The notes under the pieces: generated by a model
Seen by the model: the letters and a program-made list of their open reading frames with translations, nothing else
Database searches by the model: none
Told to the model about the DNA's origin: nothing
Position numbers and translations under genes: made by a program
Shown here: positions 13,582 through 31,098 of the stretch, one piece after another
How positions within the stretch are numbered: position 1 is the stretch's first letter
Layout of the letters: each line of letters starts with the position of its first letter
Assembly (NCBI RefSeq): GCF_964355755.1
Contig: NC_092678.1
Span: forward strand, 4,356,422 to 4,420,421
Length of the DNA stretch: 64,000 bases
Reading direction: 5' to 3'
Origin: Antedon mediterranea
Taxonomy: Eukaryota; Animalia; Echinodermata

Positions 13582-15828
13582 ATGGATGTCACCATGAAAG
13601 GATATCTTACGAAGGAGAAGAAAACTGGAACGAAGAGATTATCTCTTCGTTATGTAAGTATTGTATCATTACTTCAGTAGTCTGTGTACGGTATTATTTT
13701 TATTTGTGGACTTTATATTTATGGGAAGTGCCGCGTGACATTCCCCTCACGATCACTGTCCCTCCACTGAACTTTATGTTAGGGCATAAATGAGATAATA
13801 GTATCATAGCCACATTTGTTACGGGGCTTTGTATGGTAGGCCTATGAAGCTTATGTATTTCAGTTACTGACCTAACACTATATTAATATTTTATCATTTA
13901 TTTCTAGGGTTCAAAAAGAAGATGGTTTCAACTTGAAGGACAAGAGTTACGCTACTACGAGTCTGAGGAGAATTCTAAAGTAAAACCATGAGTATTTATT
14001 ATAATAGGGGCTAATAATTTGGTGATAATCATTACGATATTAAATAATGATGGATGGTGCAAATGTTAACGAGAATTAGGCCTATTGTAATGCTTACGAT
14101 GGCGTTGATTGATAACTAGGCCAAATAAAGTACTGTAGTAAAAATATTCTTTAATGTGTATATTTATTCCAGGAAAAGAAACACGAAGGTCTGCGAGGTT
14201 TTATTAGTGTCTTTGATATTCAGTCGGTAAGAAAGCTCTCCACCTCAAATAGACCAAATACATTTCAGATCGTCACCAGAAGAAAGGGCAGTCTTGCCTT
14301 GGTAAGTTACACTAGGTTATTAATTTAGTGACGCTCACAAAGAAGGGTAGACTTGCGTTGGAAAGTTATAGCATATTTAGTGACGATTACAAAGAAGGAC
14401 AGACTTGCGTTGATAACTTGCAACTTATTTAGTGACGCTTACAAAGAAGGACAGACTTGAGTTGGTAAGTTACAACTTATTTAGTGACGCCCACAAAGAA
14501 AGGTAGACTTGCGTTGGTAAGTTACAACTTTTTTAGTGACGCCCACAAAGAAAGGTAGACTTGCGTTGGTAAGTTACAACTTATTTAGTGACGCCCACAA
14601 AGAAAGGTAGACTTGCGTTGGTAAGTTACAACTTTTTTAGTGACACTAAAAGAATGGTAGACTTGCGTTGGTAAGTTACAGCTTATTTAGTGACGCTTAC
14701 AAAGAAGGACAGACTTGAGTTGGTAAGTTACAGCTTATTTAGTGACGCCCACAAAGAAAGGTAGACTTGCGTTGGTAAGTTACAACTTTTTTAGTGACAC
14801 TAAAAGAATGGTAGACTTGCGTTGGTAAGGTTATAGTTACGTGTTCCAATAAAAAATTAGCAGCATTAACTGTTTGATAAATAAATTGCATTTTAGACTG
14901 CAGACACGGAAGAGGTGACAGATAAATGGATTACTATGATTCAGTTAGCAATGCGACTCAAACGATCAACGGTATCGATATCGGAGGTGTTAAGGGGGTG
15001 AGTACTTACTACTTGTTCATCCCTTATAAAGGTAAGAAAAAATATGCATTTAGTTGCATTAAAATATAACCATAAATAACAATTGTATTTTGAAATATAA
15101 ATCATTTTTTTTAACATTATAGATCTGTGACCGAAGATAGTTTGTGCGCAAACTCATCAGATGAAGAATTTTGGGATAAAGATTTCCCGATAGAGATGCT
15201 AGACGAACAACATTTTTATTCAACATTAACAGATTCTAAAGATGCTGCAAAAAAAGAGTGCGATGATGATGTTTTCGTTGGGAATGAAAAGAAAAGGTTA
15301 TCAAAGCAAAAGAACTATCATATTTATGACGAGATTAATCTGGATAATGTGAAGAAAACAGAGGTGCTTGGTCATCCATCAGACGATGGAGATGCAGTTG
15401 CAGAAAAGTCTACAGACGTAAAGTGTACAGTGGCAGGCGATGTTTTAGATGAGAAGAGTACAGATACTTACAGAGAAAGTGGATATGAAACAACGGAACA
15501 TAGCGATGCTGCTGATTATATGGATAATGGAGCAACCGAATCAACAATCGGAGCCGGTAGAATTATTGACAAAACAGAAACAACTGGAGATAAAACTATC
15601 GAACATGTAAACGATGGTCAGGAGGAGAAAGATGATGACGGTGCGTCCGCTGTACACGTGTTAAAAGACTTAATTAGGAAAACAGTTATATCGGAATTTC
15701 AAGAAGAAATAGATGTTTTGGAACAAGAAGAACAACAACATGAAGGCACTGAGACAGCTCATTCTACTGAGGAGCAGGGTGCGTCTGCGTTTGACCAACT
15801 ACGCGCTATGCTGGGAAGTCACAATTGA
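13582..15828 (+). CDS. PH-domain protein with acidic disordered tail, about 359 aa (exons 13582-13653, 13908-13979, 14173-14301, 14897-14997, 15123-15828)
   Basis: Exons splice in frame at GT-AG sites. PH signatures MKGYLTKE, KRRWFQL..QELRYYESE, LRGFISV, NTFQIVT, TADTEEVTDKWITMIQ. The last exon corresponds to ORF 15127-15828. Confidence 0.88.
14275..14830. repeat. 52-bp minisatellite, about 10 copies, built from the exon 3/intron 3 junction of the PH gene
   Basis: Unit GGTAAGTTACAACTTATTTAGTGACGCCCACAAAGAAAGGTAGACTTGCGTT. Period confirmed at 14464, 14516 and 14568. Confidence 0.95.
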
Positions 15829-15840
15829 ACCTACAAGATC

Positions 15841-16025
15841 TTAAGCTCTGTCTATACTATGAAACCAGTTTGACAACAAAAGAGTGATGTAGAGGTGCCC
15901 AAATATGGTAGTGATAATATGCTTAAATATGGTAGTGATTTGCCTAAATATGGTGGTGATATGGCATCATCATGTCCATATATGGGCACATCACATTTTT
16001 TTATCACATAAAGTTTGATAGTGTA
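15841..16025. mobile_element. MITE family A copy in the PH gene 3' UTR, right end truncated
   Basis: TTAAGCTCTGTCTATACTATGAAAC...GGGCACATCACATTTTTTTATCACATAAAGTTTGATAGTGTA with three internal AAATATGGT(A/G)GTGAT units. Confidence 0.85.
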
Positions 16026-18315
16026 TTTGGTTGAGAACAGATGTTGAGTATGAGAAAATTGGGGTGGTAAATTTTATTTTGTTTGAAAACTTGGTACATG
16101 CACGGGTGATTGGTGTAAATAAATGTCTCACACACATTACTTTATTGCTGATAACTAATTATATAGCGCTTATGAAAAATCTCAAATAAAACCAAGGAAA
16201 TTGTGTATACTACTGCACCATCGATTTTAACATATTATTTATTCATACTAGATATGTTGTTGCCGTCCCGTTAAGCAAATCATTTCACTGTATATCAAAA
16301 AAATATAGGCTACTGAAGTTTTAATTATTGTTCGATAATAGTGATTACTTAGTGTAGTGGTAATTTAAATAAAATGATTAATTGTTTGATTTGGAAACAA
16401 TTAAGCCTATTTGCATTCATTTGAAAAGTTTTGTAGTACAGGTATGTTTCTTTTGAGCATGCGTAGAAGCATATAAAATCGGTCTAAATTGTTGAATTTC
16501 TTTTTTTGCTGAAATAGTGGCCTTCTAAAGGTATGTAAATTTCATATGAGCATTTATGAGCGAAACCATAGTTAACATTACGCAATCGTTCCAAATATAA
16601 AATAACCCTCCTGCGCATGTGCAGATTGAAAGTGCGCGTTGTTGTTACGTAGTTACGTATGTTTACAACGTATTCAACTTTTCATTTGACGAGTCGAGTT
16701 TTCAACGTTATCTTAATCTGTTTAAATGCCTTGCTGTAGAAATAACCCAACGAGTGTAGTCCACTTGGGTAAGATAAAATTAAGTTATTTTGAACCGTAC
16801 CAATAGCAATATAAAAGTTCGACGGGAAGATCGATCAACGTTTAAAGCGCCCAATTGTAATAATTATTTCATTTTCAACAAAGAAATATAAGAAAATTTA
16901 AAGAAGTTGTTAAACCATAGTTGAAATTACGTAATTGTGCTTTATTACATTGTGGTATATGGGTGCCGAAAGATTCTCTCTTGTTTCCCTGTTGTTGCTC
17001 AGCAGCGAGAAAAACTGCACGCTCGCTGTGCGTGGAGCGCACTAGTAGGTGCGCGATGCGAGCTATTCTACGCATGCAATGTATTTTATTTTTAATAAAT
17101 AATATTTATTGACAAATTTCTTTTTTGATAATTTACAAAAGTACAGATCATGCAGTTTTATAGAATACTTTCCAATGAATATACTCATAGAGATATTATA
17201 GTGATATCTCTATGATATACTCTAGTTCTTTACTTTTTTCAATATTTAAATATCGCATTGATAATAGTAATAATATGTCGCATTGATTGAATCTGAACAT
17301 GGACACATTTATCATAAGAAAGTTGAAGTTACGTAGTCTTGATCGCGCGCATGACGTACGGATTGAAAACGCACAGTTGTTACCTGGTTACGTCGTTTGT
17401 TTACTCTGCATTTATTTTATTGCTGATGAAAATAAAAAAATAAATAAAACAAATAAAACTTGTCTTGTTGTATCTGTGTCACACTGCTAAAATAATGTTA
17501 TATTTCACAAAGAATTTCGCAGTTGTCCACTTGGTAAGTGAATAATAATGAAATATTTTTAATGTAGTACCAGATCAGATATTATTTCAATTGATAAATT
17601 AACGTTAATTTGTTACAAGTCAAGTTTGAAGCTAGATAGCTAGAGGATAGCTAGCCCGACAGTTGTCTCTCAGACGTACATCACGGAAGGCGCAGAATCT
17701 CAGAGCGGCGCGCTTGATTTTGTTACGCGAAATCCTTCCTAGGCCTAGGGCCTAGGCCTATATTAATATTAGCCTGTATAAGTAATAGTAATATTTACAA
17801 CCACAACATCACTTTATATATTTATAGCAACACGTCATTGAATAAATTATTATAATTTTATTGAAAGTGTATGTATTTCATTAGTGTTTTTTAGTACCAC
17901 AGAATTATTCGACAATAAGCCTGCTTAAAAGAAGTTTGACATAGGACAGACCGACATACCGTAGATTGACAGACATATACCAGCAAAACCGACATCATTT
18001 CTAGTAGAATAGAAGTAGAAAACAATAGATTCAACCGAAAACATTATACGTTCCATACTGACTAAATTAACGCACACAACCATACTGCCTTTTAATAGCT
18101 TCAAACGAAAGGCACTTATTGGGTTCCATACTGACTTTTAGTAAATTCAGCCGTACGAAAATGCACTTATTGCGTCCCATCTTTAAAAAACCAAAACAAC
18201 AACACGTGTGTTTACGTGTTGACGGCGGCTCTTTTGAACATGATTAAATTGATTAAAATCTTGTCCAAATAGTAGTCAGATTTGGTGTGTTATTGAAACT
18301 AACAGTGAAATCACT

Positions 18316-22488
<4,173 letters not shown>

Positions 22489-23205
22489 TGTTCCTTTAAT
22501 TCAAAACACCGAACAGATTATTTCATTAAAGCCTTCCTTGAAAGTGACCGTGTGACAAACCATCGGCCCTAAGCATAATGCTGTTAGTGTTAGTTAGTAG
22601 TTGTGAGAATAATTATGACGTCTTTAGAGATTGGCCATACAGTACTACTAAGCTTCATTTAGCAAACATACTGAAACAGCAGTCAGAAAACATTTAAAAC
22701 AGGAATTAGAATCCTAAATGACAAACAATTAATGGACAATTAGAAAATGCTAGAACTAACATTGAATAAAAGTGAAGTGAAACCTGTTTTGTAATTCTGT
22801 ATAATCTATACAATAAACATTTTAATCAAAAGTTATTTGTTTGGTGTGTATCAGTGTGTGTGGCTAATTACTATTAGACCATGATTTTATAGAAAATAAA
22901 TAAATTTGATGCTGCTGCTGTGTAGGCCTATATGTGTTTATTTTTATAAAATAAAATAACAAAAATGAAAATATTATGTCTTTGTGTATAAATAATAAAT
23001 AATTTAATATTAAAACATCTACAGTATTTCATATCTGACAGAGATGTTTTTCCTCATTAGAAATCTAACGACATCTTGCGTAACATATCATTGCAATAAA
23101 TTATATACAATTACTGTATTACATTTGATTTACATGAATTGCCAGAGATAAAGATAAATAATATTTTGAGAGGAGAGAGAGGAGGAGGTTGGCCGGGTAT
23201 ATTGT

Positions 23206-23225
23206 ACGCGCATGCGTAGACCAAT
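23206..23225 (+). promoter_or_regulatory. Putative CADPS proximal promoter (NRF1-like palindrome plus CCAAT)
   Basis: ACGCGCATGCGT at 23206-23217 and CCAAT at 23221, preceded by a GA-rich tract, about 120 bp upstream of the ATG. Confidence 0.5.
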
Positions 23226-23338
23226 CAACACAATGTAATTATCATTGCGATGAGATTAGCAGAAGAGGAACCATATTGAAAATATAACGCCGGTAAAATT
23301 GCTTAAAAACGGATTGAATAAAGGGAAAAACATAAAAG

Positions 23339-26300
23339 ATGTTGAAATCATCATCAAGTGAAGATGAATCGGAAAGCGAAGACTATCCGGATGATCCGGA
23401 TATTAGCCATTCCAGCCAAAGAAACTTGAGGGAGGGTGTGAGCGCATCAAGCAACGATAGCCTAGCCCACTCGACCAGTGCAGTTCACACCCGCGGATCT
23501 TTGAGCGATCGCAGTGTCGGTAGGCCCTCAAGCCCTAGCCATTCGGTGAGTACGAGTAGCGAACCACCCGGAAGGGAAGAGGAGAGAGCCTTGCGTGAGG
23601 AGGAGGAGCATAAACGTAGACTTCAGTTGTATGTTTTTGTAATGCGATGCATTGCTTATCCTTTCAATGCTAAACAGCCAACAGACATGGTGAGACGACA
23701 GACAAAAGTTACAAGACAACAACTGCAAATAATAAAAGATCGATTTCAGACGTTCCTAAATGGAGACACGCAAATTGTTGCAGACGAAGCATTCTGTAAT
23801 GCTGTACAGAGTTACTACGAAGTATTCCTGAAAAGCGATCGCGTATTAAAAATGGTAAATAGCGGAGGATGCTCTTCAAATGACTTTCGCGAAGTGTTTA
23901 AAAATAATGTTGAAAAACGTGTACGTAGCCTTCCGGAAATTGACGGTTTGAGCAAAGAGACAGTATTGAGTTCTTGGATGACAAAATTTGATGCGATTTA
24001 TCGTGGAGAGGAAGACCAACGTAAGCAACCGCAAAGGCTTTCAACGTTAGCTGGGTCGGAGCTTATTTTAAGTAAAGAACAACTGTACGAAATGTTTCAG
24101 AACATACTAGGAGTGAAGAAGTTTGAGCATCAGTTGCTATACAATGCATGTCAGGTGAGAAACTTAATGACTTTACATTTTTAATAAATGCATACCATTC
24201 CAAATTATTTGGGATTATTCTCATGAAATGTTAAAAATTATTAGAAAAATATTGAATGTACCAGACGCTCATTAAAATGTTTGTAGACCAACTGTTTGTA
24301 TTTAAATAAATTCAGTTGATTTAAAAGGTATTAATTAAATTAAAACCAAGGTCTTCTCTAGAATTGGTGAATTGTTTTTTTATTCGTGTTTATACTTTCA
24401 ATCATTTTCACATAAATAATTTTACAAAATTCAATAATTTATTTAAAAAAATTCTATTTGCTGTAAATGTGTGTGAACAGAACTGATTTATTAACCATTT
24501 TGCATACGGTTTTCTCATTCATAAACTAATAGTGGGTTCATCCCTCAGGCTGGTCCAGCCTAAGGAATGAACCCACTATTAGTGGTAATTATCAATTTAG
24601 AGTTTGCTTACGCCCACATCTGTACAATAAAAAGATACAAACAATATCTTTCAATAGAGATCATTTAAATTTTTACCAACTCTAGGTTTTCTTGGATTGC
24701 CCTCACAAGATGTGCATCTTCATTAATTCTAACTTGAGAGACTCGTGGCTTTAGTTAATGTACGCTTCGATCGAACTTATGTTCACTCGTCCGGTTGATT
24801 GCACACATGCGACGACTCTGGTCGAAGTAGTAATGATAGGATTTAAATAATTGATACTAATCGCTGAGCTTCAAAAATTATTTAATCATGTGGCCTCATA
24901 TTAAAATGGCAACATCCACTCTCAGTGGCAACAATCATTTATAATGTTGTATTTATATTGTATTAAATCTAATTGTTTTTACATTAATAATGAAAGGAAG
25001 GGACAATGCATTTAGCAGCACAAGTATTATTACGAACAATGTATTCTATAAAAGTGACAATTATTGAATGCAGGCTCAAACACAAGAATGTATATCAAAT
25101 TATGTAAAAATCCAAAGGCAAATTACTTATGTATGGCGTACATCAAGCATTATTATTTAAAGATGATCGTAGACTACAAACTTGCACTTCCATTGACATT
25201 CAGCTATTTTTGGTAACATTAATGTATAGGCCTAGTGTGTGTTTGGTACTAAAATAATCACATTCTGCACTCTTTTCCACAACAGATACTATATAGAAAA
25301 ATAAACCTGTAAAAAGTTGTTAAACATTCTAGGAACGTGAAAAATGTTAAATAAAGTACCGCCCACGTATAATAATAATAAAGACATTTGTATTTGTACT
25401 TTTATTAAAATTAATATATTTATTAAAATTTTTTATTAAAAAACAAACCAATTTGCAGCAAATCTGCTGAATTACATGGTAAGGAACAATACAGTATATT
25501 ATGGATGGTGGACCTACTGTACAGTATAATTTTAATAAATTTATAGGTCATCATCATACATGGACAGACATTGCGTGTGTGGCACCATTAGTACCCAGTA
25601 TCCTTAAAGCGAATTGCTCAGTTAATTATATTTAATGACATTTGGTGTTCTAATTACATTAGTACTCTTTCTAAATTAAAGTTAATAGGTTATCTGTTTA
25701 CTTTATGTAGCAAGGCTGTAAATCTCATTAGCAATTGTTGTGATGTCATAACGGTTATAATATCATAATCTATTGTACACCATCTTTGTATAATCCACCA
25801 CAGAATAAATTTGCAATCATTAGATTTTGAAGTCCAATTCTTACCAAATGGTTATCTTTATTGCTGTTGTTTATAAAATTTTGCAGAAAAATAAAAATCC
25901 GTACCCTCCAATGAAACTAACAAAATTAATAAGACATAAGACATAATCAACTACCTAGAAAATAGCCCAGCTACAGTACAATACAGTAACATTTTTTAAA
26001 GCTGATCCAATTAATTAGGTGATCATTTAGAATAAAATGATCACCTATTGTTATTGTATGAAATCTTTATTATTTTTTTTCTTTCTGTACACTTTTTGTG
26101 TAACAAATATCTCAAAAAGTTGAATAACAATGATCACAAAAATTTCACAATGTCTTTCAAATACTTTAACTTAGCCATAATAAGCTTTTCAGCGTGATCA
26201 CTCAACCCTGACGTCACGTAGACGCCATTTTGTGAAATCACATTATCAATCATATATCCATAATTCATTATCACATGTTTATGAAATTCACTACACGTAA

Positions 26301-29300
26301 ACTTCAGGTCAAGGGTAAAAATATTAGCAAATAAAAACGCACGCGCACGTAGGGTCATGCGCGTGAAATCGCGCGTTGCAATTTTAAAAAGCTCAAAATT
26401 TAGTTTTTATCAATTTAGAGCATGAAATAGGCCATTTGCGTGTTTCAAAAAATTACTGCGTAAAAACACATTTTTGCGCACGCGATTTTTAAAAAGGGTA
26501 AAAAATAAAATTTGATGTATACATCATATTCTACTCACAATCCTTAGTACATTCTCCGACTTTGAGTCCATTCCGACTTAAAATAACGCTATACGAGCAC
26601 GTTAAAAATGACAAAATGCGCACATTAATTGTACAAAAGTGCTAAAAATGGTAAAAAATAAGGCCTTTTTAAAATGAATATAACTCTTCAGAATGGCAGG
26701 TGACCCCCAATTTTTTTAACTTATTATGGAAGCCAATAAGTTGTAGATATAAATATATATACATATTAGACGTACAAAATGGTATGACGTCATCAAATGG
26801 CCACTTGAATTTAAAAATTAGTAATTTTTATCTTTTTTGTGTGGGTTATCACATTCAATAGAGCGCATCTCCGTTATTTGAGCCCGATTTTTGCACAAAT
26901 TTTAGTATGTGCTTGCTCAATTAATTATCTTTCTCGTGAGTTGTCAACATTTTTATTGTGATGACGTCATCACGCGTAAAAACTTGAATAACCTAGGTCG
27001 TGTAATTTCAGCTACACCATACATTTGAATATCTTATAGCTCCTCAGAATTAAAGGTGACCTTGAAGATTATAATTTATTATGAAAGCTGATGAAATGTA
27101 GATATGAATTCATATCAAAATTAAGCCTATCGGATGTTGTGATGATATCATATGGCCAGTTGAAGTTAAAAAGTAGTTTTTAAATTTCTTTAGTCAAAGT
27201 TATACAAATTTCAAAGAGCGCGCATTGCGCTTCTACGTGTCAAATTCTCTTCCAATCCTTATATTTATTTGCTCAATTCATTATCTTTCGAAATTGTCAT
27301 CTTCGAGTTTATTTTGATAATTCCATCATACCAAAAAAATAGAGCATGATGTGGGTCCCGTAATTTCACCTATGCTACACTGTATATAGATATACAGTAT
27401 ATACTGTACATATTGTATATGAAACATAATAGGTACAACTCAGCACTATAAGTGTATATGCATCATGTCATAGGATGGCGTACATCAGCTTTTTACGATC
27501 ATATGTTAACGTACGTGCATGTTAAAAAAATGTTAATTTCATTAAAATGATAAAAATGATCACCTATAATTCGTCAAAGTGACGAATTAAATTCTAGTTT
27601 GTGTTTAATTTTGGTGTTTTTTTAGTTTTAATAGAGCCTACAGTAGAGTTGAAACATTACATAGAGATCCCGATTAGCAACCTATAAAAAAAAAATTAAA
27701 TTACTATATTTTGCATAATTTTGTTTATAGCGAATTAACCATTATAACAAACAACAGATGAAGACAATACATTATAATTAGAAAGAAATTGATGTGAATG
27801 CTTAAATGCTCATGATATTAAAAGATCAAATGTGAACTGAACCAGTAGCATTGAATTGATAGTAGTATCCAATATCAATGGCAGCTAGTAAGAATATGCT
27901 AATGAGATCTGTGTATTTTAAGCGTAAAATGTGAATGAATTGTGTACAGTGCGTAGTCAATAGCTGTTAGGCATCCTCGCTCAATACCAAACTGCATGAC
28001 TATTATTCATAGCTATCAAGCAATCCTTTATTATTGGTTTCGTTTTAATAATTAATAATTAGCTTAAATTATTGTTGTTTAGTTGAATTTCAATGGAGTT
28101 ATTGTACTGTAGATCTTGGAATTAACGTCACATATTAGTATTACTTACTCATATCTAATTGCTGAAAATATTAAATTATTTCTAATTTTAATCATGTTCT
28201 AATTTTCTATGCCATATATTATGAATGAATATAATATGCAGTAGTTCTTGCTTCACAAAAATAAAAATAAATTAAAAAAATGAAGGTAAAATAATAAATG
28301 CACTCCATAGCAGTTGTACTGTAAATCAATTCTATACATTTTTTATGGGTGGTAATAAATTAAAACATACTACAGATATTTCATAAGTAGTTTATTAGGA
28401 AATCAATAATTTTCTGTAAGCTAATAATATGTTATATTACATAGCCTATATAAATACGCGAACGTGATTGGTTGAAACTGCATCACATGACTACCGCTGC
28501 GAGGATCGTAAATCGTATATATCCTCGAGAACGATGATATTGACTGTGTAATTTTCGCGTAATAATCGTGTCCCCTGTCATTAATCATATAAATTCTCGA
28601 GTACGATGATATTGACTGTGTAATTTTCGTGTGCAACACTCGAGTTTGCCGATAAATAAACAAAAGTCATCTACTCGATCTTGAACTCGGGTGGAATTGT
28701 CACTCCATCGCAAGACAACGTTTCATCCGCTGGGCCACGGAATTTGCTTGAAGAAATTAATCTTCTAAACTATTTAAGCTATGCATACATAGCGCCCTCA
28801 TTTGTTATAAGTCCACCCTAAATGTGATGAAACACCGTTTGTGATTGGTCAATACTCACGGTAGTAACCTAGTAACTAGTACGCGCTGAACATCCGGTGA
28901 TTCGGCTCCTCGAAGATCGAGAGAAGACGAATTGTTTATTCGGCCTACCTGATTATAATATTATTATTAATAGGCTTATTGATGGAAATTCTTCTGTTAA
29001 TTTAAACGACCTAGGCCTAAGTGAATATTTTATTGCCAAGGAATCATTAATTAGTAATTATCTGTATATTATTCTTCGCAAGGTAAGGTGTCTAGGCAGG
29101 CTTGTTTTAAATACAATACAAATACTATAGGAGGCCTAGGCTTAGCCTAGCTTCACCCAACCCAGCAGACTTGTTCTTGGCTATATAATATAACAGATAT
29201 TGCCTTTTATATCGGTTAAATATAAGATTTGACATCCCCTCGGGAATGATATTAAGTTCTCGGGTTATATATATTTCCCTCAGCTGGCGCTTCGGGAAAT

Positions 29301-31064
29301 ATATATTCCCTCGAACTTAATATCATTCCCTCGGGGATGTCAAATCTTATATTTAACCTCTAAGCAGTCAATATCTGTATAATAGTTGTGTTTAATGTCC
29401 TGGCTTCCAGATCAGAATCCTAATGTGACTGTATAACAGTTAAATTCCAGATGTTTTTTTCTTATCATTTAACAGAATTGTTTACGGGAAGTATTTTGTT
29501 TTCCATGTAGAACGGTGCGCCTTCTACGTATAGAATTACTAATTGATATATAAGGAAGTTTGCTATCTTATCTGTTTATAGCATTGTTTGATAAAAATAA
29601 AATTTTATTGGTTTAAAAACGGGTTTAGTAGAGTAAAGTTTGTGGTCTGGGCTTTTATCCTCCTTTTTAAGCCTTGTCTACACTGTCAAACAAAAAAATG
29701 TGATTTACCCATTATGTGGTCACAAAATGTCAAATCACCACCATATTTAGCCATATCATTACCATATTTAGCCATATCACCACCATATTTAGCCATATCA
29801 TTACCATATTTAGCCATATCACCACCATATTTAGCCATATCATTACCATATTTAGCCATATCACACCACCATATTTAGCCATATCACACCACCATATTTA
29901 GCCATATCATTACCATATTTAGCCATATCATTACCATATTTAGCCATATCACACCACCATATTTAGCCATATCATTACCATATTTAGCCATATCACCACC
30001 ATATTTAGCCATATCACCACCATATTTAGCCATATCATTACCATATTTGTACACATCATTCTTTTTTGGAAAACAATTGATAGTGTAGACAGAGCTTTAG
30101 ATAGTATTGCCAGGGAGTTGTTGTATTGCATTGATTAGGTTGAATAAATAATTTACTCAAAATCATTTAATATTATTTTATCAGCTTGATAATGCAGATG
30201 AACAGGCTGCCCAAATAAGGAGAGAGTTAGACGGAAGACTGCAATTCATTGAGTCCATTGCAAAAGTAAGTCTTTCAAAATTTGTGTGATTATGTTATGT
30301 TATAGAATATTCAATCAATCAATCAATCAATAATTAATTGACTAGTTACTGATACTGATACTCTTTATTGTCTATAAAATAATAAAAACATGGCAATATA
30401 TTTGAAAATAGCATGAAATAAATTGTTAGCACTGTTTTTTAACCAGTTATTAATTTGTTTGTTGCAGCAACCAAAGAAAGGGCCTAAGTTTGTGCTGAAA
30501 GAGATGGAGGAAATGTACGTTGAAGAACTAAGAGCCCAGGTGAATTTGCTGATGGCCAACTTGGAAAGTTTACCCGTGTCAAAGGGTAACACAGATTCAA
30601 AGTACTCCTTACAAAAACTGAAAAGGTAGCTTTTTGTATTTTCATTTAAAATTACCATATTTGTTTATTAATTATAGATTTTGTTATATTCTTCGTAAAT
30701 TACTTAAAATCTGAATGCAATGAAGCCAAATAGTGTTATAGACTGTTTTTGTTTTCATGTAAAATTAAAAAATAAATTGCACACTTACTCAGGAAGACCC
30801 AAACAATGTATGAGATTGAGAATATAATGTTGTTGTTTATTAGAGCGCAAAACACAGCAGTGTCTATGATGGAAGTGACAGAAGATTCAGAGCCAACACT
30901 TAGCAAAGCGGATGTTGTTCTATCATTCACCTTAGAGGTAAGTAACAAACATTGATAAACTGATATTACTATATTAAAATTCTAGCCAACGATAAAAAAA
31001 CAAGGCCAACAGCCATTAAGTCGCGTGCTACAATGCATAGTGATACCGGACCGACAGACAGACC

Positions 31065-31098
<34 letters not shown>

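Noticed and set aside
14300-14830. CRISPR-like appearance of the 52-bp, 49-bp and 82-bp arrays
   Set aside because: Units are contiguous with no unique spacers, there are no cas genes, and the context is eukaryotic intron or UTR.
15032-15037. Alternative donor AG|GTAAGA in the PH gene
   Set aside because: An in-frame TGA precedes it and the phase does not fit the last exon. Donor 14998 fits.
29588-30131. ORFs with SPPYLAI / ITIFSHI repeats
   Set aside because: Products of the 21-bp repeat inside a MITE.
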